Source: Lingula anatina
Lineage: Eukaryota; Animalia; Brachiopoda
Length of the DNA: 64,000 nt
Reading direction: 5' to 3'
Assembly (NCBI GenBank): GCA_051362555.1
Contig: CM120641.1
Coordinates: 23,132,401-23,196,400, forward strand
Shown here: piece by piece, positions 1 to 12,344 of the stretch
Layout of the letters: the number at the start of each line of letters is the position of its first letter
Numbering within the stretch: position 1 is the first letter of the stretch
The notes under the pieces: generated by a model
What the model was told of the DNA's origin: nothing
The model's database searches: none
Seen by the model: the letters and a program-made list of their open reading frames with translations, nothing else
Program-made: the position numbers and the translations under genes

Positions 1-644
1 ATTTTTATAGTTTTTCATTTGTAGTTGAATGTCTCATTATAAAGCCCTGATAATAGCTGGTCTCCATCTTAATTTTTTTCCTTTTTTTTTTTCTTTTTTT
101 TTTAACCTTAAATCCTCTTCTGTATGAAAATATTGTACAAAACAAGATTTATCTTAGTGGTTTACCAGGCTTTAATGACTTACCAGCTAGTAGCAACAAG
201 TCCAATTTGTTTTAGGGATGGAATAACCACATTTCTTTGTAGATTTTATCATAAATAACTATGATAAATATGATTAAATATCAGCCTATTTTCCTTGCTG
301 AAAAAAAGACTTGACAGACCCCCTGCTGACAAATTCCAGTCAAAGTTCATTTTGTTAAAATATACCTGGTGGGAAGATCTTTCTTTCCAAATATTTGGGA
401 ACAATTTAACAATTTATTAATCTACACTGCACTGAGAACTCTTAAACCATTTTCAAAATTGCTCTCATGTCCATTCTTAGAGTCAAAACCATTGCTACAG
501 AAATACAAGAACCAATGCACAATGAACTTCAAAAAGGTTAACATGATGGGGAATAAACTGTATTCAATGTCAATTGTAGCATTTCATATGTCATTAGCCT
601 TAAAATTCAGTTTTATTTTTTCAAGTTTAATAATGCTGGAGGAA

Positions 645-1583
645 CTAAAACTGATCCCTCATAACATAAGATTGCCCATCTTCCATCCTCGATGTCTTCT
701 TTTCCACTTTCACAGTTTCACCTAAGACCTTCTGCCTGAGCAGTTCATATTTAGTTAGCAGACTGACTAGTCTGTATCTTTCTAGATGACTAGATCTACT
801 AGTTGATAGAACCTTGTACAAATCTTTGGCACAAACGGACTGAGTTTCTTTTCTCTTCCTCCTCTGCTTTAATATATCCAAATATTTCTCCAACACTCCA
901 ATTTTGTTGCATAGTGTCCCGTTCTTTACAATGAGCTCCTCCTTTTGATCACCTGTTACATGGTCAAACTCCCTTTTGAGCAGAGTCTGCATGTGTTTTA
1001 GCTGCCCCAACCTGTGGGTGATTTTCAGAGTTTTAGAGCTCAAAAAAGTGACTTCTCTTTGTAATGTTTTGATTGCTTCAGCAGTGTTATGTTTATTGCT
1101 TTGTATACAGCTGCCTGAGCAAAGTTCCAGTGCAGCACGCACCTTGAGAGACTTTGAGGCATGCTGGAGCACAAAATTGATCAGATTAGGCACCGATTTG
1201 GCAAGATGGTCAGGGAAATGCACACTGTCCTCCTTTCTGAAAACAATAAAAATGACCTCTTCAATGCCAAATAAAGAAAAATTAGTTTTGCAAATGCCAT
1301 TGTTCCCAAAGAAGTTAGGACAATGTCCAACATAGAGAGAGAAGAGAAAGCAGTATAAATCCCAGACATTTAGGAGCTAGACACTCAAATGAGAATTATA
1401 CACACTGAATCATGAGTAATTAAGTTCCTGATAATCCCAGAGTAGATCACAACACCAAAAGCCTCCCTGATAGAAATATCAAGCAAGAGACACTTAAGCT
1501 AAACCCTGATAAGCGTTCAGATAGAGAATAAAAACTTTAATGCAAAAGCTAAACAAATCTAGACAATTAATTGGTTAATATCA

Positions 1584-1622
<39 letters not shown>

Positions 1623-4600
1623 TAAGTCAGGTTCCCTGGCTAAGAACTTAATTACCAAAGTTACATGGTCACATGTTACAGCACTCTCATTGAAATCCTA
1701 GTCAACTAAGCCAGGAAACTGATAAGTTTTTTTTTTTTTTTTTTTGTGACACTGGGGCCAGAGCTTAAAGCCTGTAACTCTCAATAAGAGTGCAATTACT
1801 CTATAGTGTTTTTCAAGTAAAAAAGTATCAGCTGTGGTTAGAGGGTATGGACACAGAGAAATGTGAGGAAAACAACGAAGTAGGATGAAGAGAGCAGCAA
1901 AGGTGAAGGCGAGTGGAATAAGCTCCCAAAGCCAACAGCACAGACTTCACAACTATACACATGACGTGTTCTTGTTAGGATTTCAAAGTCTAAGACTACT
2001 TATCATACTAGCAGGATCAATCTATCTCATTGGGGAATCTCACTAAGGTGTGGTCAATGTCATCAGCTAAAGGCCCCCTCACAAAGCAACAAGAATAACA
2101 TCATGGACCACAAAGTTTTCCCGACTTTACCCAAGAGCTTCAAGTTACGATGGGGCGTGCCAGACATTGAAGCTGCTTAAACTGAATACAATTTAAAAAC
2201 CAGAGGAGTTAGATTGATCCAGCTAGTATAAAAGGGGTATGGGAACGCTCCCTAACAATACAAAAAATAAAATATAATTATAACTTCTGAACATAAAAGC
2301 TCCATGAAAGCACATCATCATCACCATCATCACTGTGTCATGAACAATGTGTAGGACACATTTCACACACTCAATTCTGAAGTTAGTGCAGTAAAACCCA
2401 ATTCACTTTCAGAAGCACTTGTAATGTTTTGTTATTATTTTCTGTAATATTGTACATTTCTATATTACTGCAATAAATATACAGAATACACAACATAAAT
2501 TACACAGTTTGGGTTCTAAGGTTTGTTCCAGGCAGGCCAAGGTTTGCATTAGGTTTTATAAAAAAAATTCCATTCCACAAGTTTTGTTCAATATATATAT
2601 AATTTCAGTTTAAAGATTATGACTAACGCTGAGCCTACTTACCTCCCTGCAGGAAAAAAGAGTATTGTAGGGAATGTGGTAACTGTGAACTCCCAGGGAA
2701 GATCATTGCTGTCTGCATTGACCCTAAAACACAATTTAACTGTAAAACATCTTGCAATTCTGTATGTTTGATAAAGTGATGTTTTTGGTTAATCTGCTTG
2801 AATAAGAGCAAATCTGAGCTAAATGGAAGCAAAAATGAGGCTGACATACAATGTGGCTACCTTATCTTGCAGTTGATCAGGGAAATGATAAACATTGCAG
2901 AACAAAGAAAAGTTGAAACCATAAGTTTTAACCCATCTAAAATACAACCTACCCAAGAGACATTTAAACAATGTATCGAGAAAGTAAATTAAACCTTGGT
3001 GTTTGCCGTTAAGGTAAAATAGTGCTAAAAGACTTTTTCACAAACTCATCACCAAGCACAATATATGACCTACCTTGTAAAGACCAGGTCAGTGACGTCC
3101 CTGAAATACCTGGCCACAGTCAGATAGAGATGTAAGACTCCAGCACAGAAACCACACCAATGAGTATAATAGAACACCACAACATCCTAGAACAGAGGAC
3201 ACAAACCACTTAGATACATAGGAGTACACATCGAGCCATGTTCAAAGCAGGATTATTCTAAATTGGAAATGGACCCAAAAAATGTCATCACTTATAAAAA
3301 AAGGGAATAAATAATAAATAATAAAGAAAAGAAAAGAAGAAAAAAAGACAGGTAAATAGATTTTTACCTAACAGATTGGACTATGGAAATGATATCCTTT
3401 CCAGTCTAAAGAAGTCCTAAGGTAATGTTAAGTCACCAAAGTATCAGATAACAATGACTAACATCTTTATATTGGGAAATGTCACACAACTCACAGTAAG
3501 TTATTGATAGTAATTGTGTACAGCTGTCATTTATATTTATAACAACCATCTTTATATCAAATTATTTTTAATTACCCCTTTCAATTTTTACCTTATTTTG
3601 TTCCATGACCACTTGATGGAATGTCTTGGCAGTAAGCTCAATGACACAAGAGTGTTCCTCCGAGGTACCACACTCCGACACAACAGTGGATGTCCTCAAC
3701 ACCCGCATCAACTCACTGTGGGTATAGCTCTCTATGAACTCAACTAAAAAACACACGGGGAACTAAGTTTTAATCATAAACATTTTAACATCATTCATAT
3801 AACAAAGGAGATTAGGATGTTTTATTATTGCTATTTTTTTTATCATGTTAGAGGGAAGCCCCCGCCAAGACTTTTTAGAGAACTATGCACCGGAATCTGG
3901 TGCCAAAAATTCAATTTCTCTGTCACCTTTTACAATTATAATTTATTTAATGGCATCACTAGGACGATTTCAACATTAAGATATGCCTTGCAAATATACA
4001 TTTTGTTTACCACTTAGCTTTGGACTTGTATATAGTTGCATGTATTCCCCATATTTCAACTTCAATTTCATCATTTCAAAAAGCTGCATCAAATAAGCAC
4101 AGAAAACAAGATAAATGACAAATATTTTACAAACGGTCCCTTAAACAACAACCCTATATACACTACAGTATGTTGGGGCACCTTATGTCACACTTGCTGG
4201 CATGTGGAAAAAACTCATCCTACTGTTGATTCAATGACATACCTAAATTTCTTTTGCTAACAGCAGAAGTCATCACATACTGTGCTTCATTCTGAAATCA
4301 GAACATAGATTAAAATGCACAATGATTCCTGTAATGAAGACAAACAGAGCTGGAATACATTGATTAACATAGTCATAGTGACAACAAATGGCTTTCGAGA
4401 TGAAAACTTATATTTAATGAAATGACCAACCACTTTATTTACATGACTGTTCAATGCACTACTATCCCTGCAGTTAACTATCAGAATAGGCCTCAATATA
4501 TGCCTGTTCTTATCATCTATTAAGCAAAATACTGTGAAAGGTTCAAGAAGCTAACATTAGTGTCCAAAAACAAAATGGACCTTCCTGTCCACTTATGCTA

Positions 4601-7600
4601 TGGACTACAGACCTTAATGTCCAGTAATACTACTGACCTTTATGTCCACTAATACAACTGCCACACCATTGTGAGTTTTGTCCAGTCGTATTCCTAACCT
4701 AGAGGCAAACACAGCATGATATTTATCATCTACTGCAAAGAATCTCAGTGTTCTATTGGTTTTGCAGCTCTGACCAGTGAAACTGTGTTGTATAAAGCTG
4801 TCATTCATCAGTGATTTGTGTGATTTGTATGTGTACTTCAGCAGTCTGTTCAATTTACGTCTATTGCATAGTTTCTCTTTCTCCCTCTGAGCTGCATTCA
4901 AAGTAAATGCATCAGTAGGCTTTCTGGTTCTCTTAAAATTCACACTTGGAGCAGCTTTGGCAGTTCTCTCCGTAAGAAGTTCAGAACAACATAAACTCAT
5001 TCTCTGATTAATATCATAATGCAGCATTGACTCCTGGCACATGTTAATCTGAAGAGGTCTCTTAGGCCTGTTTAATGACAGGCTAGACATGGGAAGGACT
5101 CTACAGTGTTTATAACGATTGTAACTGGTCCAGTAGTTGACACACACATCACAGACATTGTGGTTTTTTGACCCAATTCCTTGGTCGTCTATCACAACAG
5201 ATTGACAGCACTTGCTCTTAGCTGGATCATCTGACCCAGATGTCTTGATGTTGAATAAAGTTTTACAAGTCTCCTGCTGCTGTGTCTCCTCTTGCACCGA
5301 CTGCCACCTATGGTGGATGCTGCCATGAATGATGTCCCTTACTTTGGAAGAATTATCACAATTATAGTAGTCCAGGGCAACTTCCCTGATCTGAAATAGT
5401 AACCATTCAGTATATTTCACTGATTTCTTGGTTAATTTTTCATGGATGCAACCTATACCAATACCTTTTCTTCCTTTTTTTATAGAAATAAAGATAGATA
5501 AATAGGATAAGGAGGGGAAAAGAAGTTTTAAAAGAGGAAAATTGCCACTGAAGGGCAATACAAAATACATTATGCTAGTTACCATGTTGATATACTGGTT
5601 GAAGCCACCCAGTGGGTTCAATGTAGTAAACACAAAGATGCCTGCTCCTTTCTTCATCTCAGTAGACAAAGTGAGAGTTTTCATACCCATAGAAGACACC
5701 CACTGGATTGCAGGCTGGTTAAAAGCAAAAGAGACAAACTGAGAATGAAAATTTTTACTTACTCCAAATACAAACTCTGACACCAAGAACTAAATATTAG
5801 GCATATTTTATCTATTTTCAAAAATAATGTCATTTTTACAGCCATATCCATCTTTATCAAGTAAAGGTTTACTCTTCTCTTTGCTAGGCTAAAATAAATA
5901 TATCTAATGACTTTGATGTCATTGAATTTCAGATCTGTCCACTTACAGATTGCTTATGCTTCACAATCCATGACACTAGTTGACTAGAACTTATGTTCCC
6001 TGAATCTGGATATATCTAAATATAAAGGCGAACACAAAAGTTATAATTCTGAAATACACATAACTTCATTTAAAAAAACAAACACTTTTTAATTCTTTAA
6101 ACAATCGTTTTTCTTAGTTTCCTAACAAAAATAAAATAATATTTATGTTGGACTTATAAAAAAATTTTAACTTTTTGAAAAAAATGCACAAAATTAAAAC
6201 TAAGTTTCAATATAATATAATATAACATAATACAATAACACTAACAATGAATTACTTGCCATCCACTTACCACAGTTTCATTAAGAGACCGCAAAAGATG
6301 AAAAGAACTGGAGTTGGCCAGCCCATTGTCAGTGGCCAAGACAGGGTCGGTTATAACTGCAAACGGAATGCGCTCCATGGACACTGAGAACATAATAATA
6401 CAGGAAAGTTATTGCATCTACATGCAAAGCTGTCATATTGTGTCAAAGTGTTAATCCACCGAAGGTAAAAAATGTCCAAAAATATCTTTTTAATTCAATA
6501 TATATATATATATATATCACTGTTTGTACAATTAAGAGAAAATGTAGACCTGTACTTTTAACAATATGGGCAAAGGTCAAAATAAAATTTTCTACACATG
6601 ATTCAAAACCATAAATCACCTATAAATCATATTACTTCCAAGCCCAAAACTCACCAGCAATCATTCTCATTGATGCATAGTAAAACTGCACAAGTCCAGG
6701 AGGCTGGGGAGAGGCATTGAAGTCAAAGAAGCTCAAAACTACATTCTGCAACAGAAAAAAATTATGGTCATTCTTGGGAAAAATTATATAAACACTTTAC
6801 AGACTTCAATAAAATAAACTTTAGTGCCATTGATTTATTACTTTCAGCATATATTCAGAAGGTTCAATCCACTCCTTTAAAGTTCAATCCACCACCAAAA
6901 CTTTTTAACCTAAAATCACATTAACCAAAAAATGAGCATTTCAGGCATTTTGAAGGATTTAAAAAATGTTCAAAGAGTAGAAAATGTCAATAATTCATAC
7001 ATCACTGTGTATTTTTAAGGCCTTGACTTGGTCCTGAGTTGTGACATAAGTTAAGGGGTACAAGAACCTCTCCAGGAATGCAATCATGTGTTCCACAGTG
7101 CGGAGACCTATGAAGAAAACAGAAATATATTGAAAAAACACAACATAAGTGTATTTAAACGGATACTGGGGTAGAGCTAGCAATTTTTTTCGCTTAGCCA
7201 AATCACCGGTTTTTTTTTTTTTGTCAATTTGTTATCCAAATGGTTTTAATTTGACTAAAATGAGTCAAATCAAGCCCTTTTTGTTTAGCCAAGTTAGGCC
7301 ATTTTTAGCATTTGGCTTAATTGGCGAGTGTTAGTGCTACCCCAGGAATATAAAGCATACAGAAAAATCACTTCGACCTGAAAAATTCAGGACCATATGC
7401 ACATTACTTCATCACAAATACTATTTAATTGAAAAATATTCCTAATGTTATATGACACAAAGCTGTAAGCATTATAATGAGGTCATTTAAAATCATGGCA
7501 GCCAGAAGGCTGTAGTTGTACAAATGTGTGAGTGTGAGTGACTTACCTAAATATGGAAACCCCTCCAAATGTGTATGGTAAAAAAAGAACACTGGGAAGG

Positions 7601-9120
7601 CATGGAAGTCGTGAATATTGGCACACTGTCCCAGGGGCCACCAGCAGTTGACTGCAGCAAAGGTGACCTGGCAGGGTAAAGAAGAGGGTTTTTAGTTTAT
7701 GAAATACTACAACCAGGCATCTTACACCCCATTTCCATAGATTTTTAGATCGATCTATCCCTGTGGGGAATCTCACTAGATTACTGTCAGCTTGGCCGGC
7801 TTAAGCGTCTGTCCTGCCTACTAAAAGCTGTAAGGGGGTAATTAACTATGGTGCCTGCTTGGCTGACTGCAATTTAGCGTGAACCCCCAGGGAGTTAGGT
7901 CGATCTAAAACTTAATCTTTAGATCGATCTAAATCTCTGGGAAAGTACCCTTATTTTCCAAAACAGGTATTATCAATAAATTATCCACAACAAGATTATC
8001 TTAAATTTTTATTTGTACCTTGTAGATGTGTACAAAATCTGATATTAGCTATGATTACTGAGATGATACTACTAACCTCTGCAGGGATCAGTTGCTCTGG
8101 TAAATGTAAGTACAAGATCAATTATGTTTTTTCCTTTTCCCCGCAATATTTCATCAACCTTACATCAAAACTGTTGCAGGTACATTTATTCCACATGATC
8201 CCATACATAGGCAAGCAGCTGAAAAATCTTTTACCTGTCTGTGAAAATATCTGGCAGCTTTCTCAAACTCCCACCGTGCCTCCATGGACTGTGCACACCA
8301 GGGGGCGTAGTACATGACAAAGAGCACCTCCTCCTGGTGAACCAGTTCAGAGAGAGGCTGTAGCGCACCCAGAGGGCTGTCTATCACAGCGGAGCTGATG
8401 GGAAAGAAACGCCGTGGCCCTGGTTGGGATTGGGTTATGGTACGAGCATTCTTTATGCTGGAATAGTCATTTATGTAAATGAATTCAATATTTGAAAATC
8501 TACTTTGTGTGTTCAAATACATAGGGCAGCTTGAAATTATGATATATCCGTTGTTATGTTGCTTGTCAGGATAAGGTTAACCGCTGTTGAATATCAATAA
8601 TGCAATAATGCAAAGAAAAAAATTTTCAATCCATTCAATTTGTTATCACTCCCTTAACACTGTGTGCTTAATTTATTGAACGGTTTGTTTAGACATTAGA
8701 GCATTCATACAGATCAGTGTCAGTAGTTCAACTTGCGTAGCAAATGCAGCACGGCAATGAATGACTAAACGGGTACCAACATATGGTGTCACATACTTTA
8801 ACACTGTAATCATAATTTAATGACACTGAGCACGTGCTTGATCAGTCAACTCAAGAGTGTTATTTACCACATCACCTAGTACTACTACATGTAGTACGTA
8901 CTTACATGTAGTACTGACTACAGTACACCGTGTACTTACACGGTAACAAGACAACAGAAGTATAAAAACTAATGAAAGGCAAACATACTCACCTGTGGCC
9001 ATATTTAAAGAAGACAGTGAATATCCCTGCTAAAACAATACAGCATAATTCCGGGTGCCTCAACATGATGCGCAATACCAGATATTTTTTCCACCCAGCT
9101 GCAGGTTCGGCAGCCGCCAT
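645..9120 (-). CDS. TXNDC11: Thioredoxin domain-containing protein 11 (ER protein disulfide reductase family), about 14 coding exons
   Basis: Exons joined at GT-AG sites (approx.): 8993-9120 (MAAAEPAAGWKKYLVLRIMLRHPELCCIVLAGIFTVFFKYGH), 8235-8457 (YYAPWCAQS), 7547-7667 (AAVNCWWPLGQC), 7001-7107, 6655-6745 (FFDFNASPQPPG), 6271-6383, 5947-6015, 5583-5714, 4638-5390, 4243-4291, 3591-3742, 3074-3186 (YYTHWCGFC), 2643-2722 (NDLPWEFTV..FPTILFFP), 645-1237 (coiled-coil tail). The order N-terminal TM, CxxS Trx, CGFC Trx, coiled coil matches TXNDC11. Confidence 0.92.
1581..1749. repeat. Imperfect inverted repeat (foldback) with A36 and T19 arms
   Basis: tcac-A36-cttaagtcaggttccctggct ... agccaggaaactgataag-T19-gtga; the arms are reverse-complementary. 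In the last TXNDC11 intron. Confidence 0.7.
2006..2228. mobile_element. MITE-like element with terminal inverted repeats
   Basis: Left tactagcaggatcaatcta, right tagattgatccagctagta (18/19 reverse-complement match); TA at both ends. Confidence 0.65.
7166..7345. mobile_element. Short MITE-like element
   Basis: Ends ctggggtagagctagca and tgttagtgctaccccag are imperfect TIRs; internal ttagccaa/ttggct repeats. No clear target-site duplication. Confidence 0.5.
7725..7950 (+). mobile_element. MITE (PIF/Harbinger-Tourist-like), copy 1
   Basis: Subterminal inverted repeats ttccatagatttttagatcgatcta and tagatcgatctaaatctctgggaa; TTA flanks; second copy in reverse orientation at 18230-18443. Superfamily is inferred from the TWA flanks. 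Confidence 0.7.
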
Positions 9121-12100
9121 CAGAACCGTACACGTCGCATTTTGAAGTCGAGATATTGCGAGACTTGATCGTCTTCTCTGTCACAATCATTATTTATTTT
9201 TTGTGCTTTGGCAATCTGTCGATCTCAAATCGATAAGGAGTCGTTCGTTAACAAAGAAAAAAAAAAAGAAAATAGCACCCATTTCTCTTTTATAAAGGAA
9301 AGTTTTAAATAACGTGACTTTGAGAATTGATTAATAAGCATTTTGTAACCATTAGTTGCTTTTGAAAATATTTTTATGACAATAAGTCAATAGAATCTAC
9401 ATCTTTGGTAAATATATGGAGAAAAAGAAAATATAGGGTATCGATTTATAGCTACTGACATATCATTTCAAAGTACACTACCATCAAGACAGACAGAAGA
9501 GATGGGTCATCACATCATTTATTTACACTGGCTACAGAATCAAAATGTTACCTCTTTAAATAAGTCTTTACATGTATTTATGTACATATTCAATTCAATG
9601 GTAACTCTTCATACCACTAAATCTTGTTTACATTAATTGCACATCATTGGAAAAAGGTTGGAATTAAAGAGTTATTATAATATATATGTACAATGGTGCT
9701 TCTTTTGCCAACGAAAGTCCTGTTAGAAGTATAATACAATTGTTCATTTGATCTCAGCAAACAAATATTAGAAAATTCTTATACTTTCTAAATATATATC
9801 ATCTCTCTTCATCCGTTTCCTTCATCTATATCATTCTTGGATGTGTTTTTCCAAAATTTTAACAAAATGAAAATTACATTACAACATAGCACCCAAAACA
9901 TAAATATAAATTTCTAAAGAAATCTATCAAATGCCAGAAACCCAAGGTATTGTATTCTTAAGTTATTCCTTAAAATTGACTTAATTAAGAAAACTGCATA
10001 AATGCAGCGTTTGTTAAGACATCACTGAAGAAAATAACCCCTTACATGATGTTTTCCACACTATACCCTAAAAAACTGAATTACATTTATTACATATTTT
10101 GATTGTTATTGTGACCTTGCATTCTTTATTTGGAGAGCCTACATTATATCAAATTCATAGATAGGTCCAGGTTGAGCAAGGGCATAACCCCCCACACACA
10201 CACACACAAACATAATCCCATTCCAAAAGCAAAATGGTAGAGATGCCCCCTCACCCCCTTAGCAGCAGTGAGTTAGAGGGCCAAAAGACACCTTTTTCTT
10301 TTAATTATACTGTATATTGGATCTGCCAGTGACATTTATAGTTGGCTCTGTTGTAGCAAATAAAGATGAGTAGCATAGTGATTCCCTTTTGCCAATTTCC
10401 ATTACAAACACTATATTTAACTATCACTGCCACCAAGCCCAATGTGGACCAGTTTCTTAATATCTATATTTTCACTAATCTGATGTGGAATTGAAAATAA
10501 GAAGCTGGTGCACGTTGGAAATGAATCTCAGGGTAATTACGATGACATACTCCCAATGTTTTTCATTACAACCCTCCTGTTAAATAGCTCTAAATATGCT
10601 GGCAATCGATCAAGCTTCCGCTTGAAATTGTCCACTCACATCATTCAAAAAGTTATCTCTAAATAGGACATACCTTTGGGACATCTCTCTTGGCAGTATT
10701 TAATGAAAATATATAACATTACTATAGCCCTTAATATTAACCAAAAGAACAAGACATGGGGCAATTGTTAATAAATACATCAATATGACTAATATATCCT
10801 ATGAAGTGGTGTGTATTCACATGAGGTGTCAAACAAAGGACCCCACTTGTAAATGAGCCTAAAAATCCTCAACATTATTTCTTTGAAGTGCTATAAAAAC
10901 GGTTATGTCAGGTGCTTAAGTGTCACAACAAACAGCAGGTATCCTGTGTAAGCAAGAGGTTTGGTGTTTTGATGTTTATTTCAAACTAATGGTTGTCTCT
11001 ATAAGCAAGGCAATGAGCCAATGACACTCAAAAGGCCTTGATTATAGCAGGTCTCTGAAAACAAAAGAACCGCGAAACACATGACAATTCTACCAGGAAT
11101 ACCAGAAAAGAGAAAGGTATACAGGCAATATTCTCTGTCAACATCATATACAGAAAAGGAGGGAAAAATTATCTCCTGGTTATAAATACTCTATTATACT
11201 AAATACCCTTCCTCTTCCTAATCTCTCTCCATAGTTCTCCTGCCGATGCCACTCTTAATGCCCTAAGACAAGCCAGCCATACCAATACCTCAACCTTTAC
11301 CTCATGTTGTGAGGAGTTTACATTGATAGACCTACACAGGTGAGACCACATAAATCACTGCTGGAGAATCAGCCAGCTCCATGGCTGTAAACTTGCTACA
11401 TACAGTTAAAACCTGTATGCCATCACAGGCAGTAATACTGAACTGGGAACTAGTGTGCTTGCCTGAAACAACACCGTGGTCTGATTTCTGCTATAACTAC
11501 TCAAATATGCAATGATGAAAAAAAAATTGATGAGAAAAAGACAAATCAATAGGCATATCAACTGGAATTTTTCATCTCTCTTTTCAGTAAGTATTGGTGT
11601 ACAGACAACATACAAGGACAAATTGGTATACCTTTGAAGGATTGTACATATGAGATCAATTTGTGCCATACCACATTCAAGTTTGCTCATCATTAAAAAT
11701 CAGAACAATTAATCTGCATCAATAAACATCCAAGCACCTGCTAAAATATTCCTTCCTAAGGTGACTAGGAAGGTGCTTTCTTTTTTTACACACCATGTTC
11801 AACAGGTAGCCGTTTTTCATATAATGGATTCATACTGACATGTCTAACTTTACCCAAAGCACAACACCAAGCGGCAACAAACAGTACACTTTCTTCACCT
11901 CAATAAGCAGTATCAAGTACAAAAGGGTTTGTTACTTAATATGATTGGCCACATGACCATCTTGGGAAATTCTTTTCCATATATAAATATCATAATAATA
12001 TTTCCTGTAACCAGGTATCATATAGTATCCTTACATGTTGTTTCTTTACTTACAACACTTGAAAACATGTACACTTTCACAGATTTGAACAAAGTTGTCT

Positions 12101-12344
12101 TGATCATTGCACCAGAAAGAAAAGACTTGATTGTGGAAAGTAAGTTAATGGTATATCTGCATCCCTAGTGCACTGTCACCCAACTCTGTCACAGTAGCTT
12201 GAGGTCTACTCATGATCACAGAATAGAGGCATTTGTTTGAAAACAGCTGACTAGCTCCCATGGTTCATGAAATATTCCAGATAAAAGACACTCCATGAAA
12301 ATGTGTTCTGGTCTAACAAGTATACTATGATTTATGCTTCTTAT

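Noticed and set aside
369-1335. Plus-strand ORFs 369-725 and 976-1335
   Set aside because: Antisense shadows of the TXNDC11 last exon and 3' UTR; no independent motifs.
9005-9190. 61-aa ORF as TXNDC11 N-terminus
   Set aside because: Wrong frame; the ATG at 9120 in another frame gives the TXNDC11-like RHPELC plus TM segment and splices in phase.
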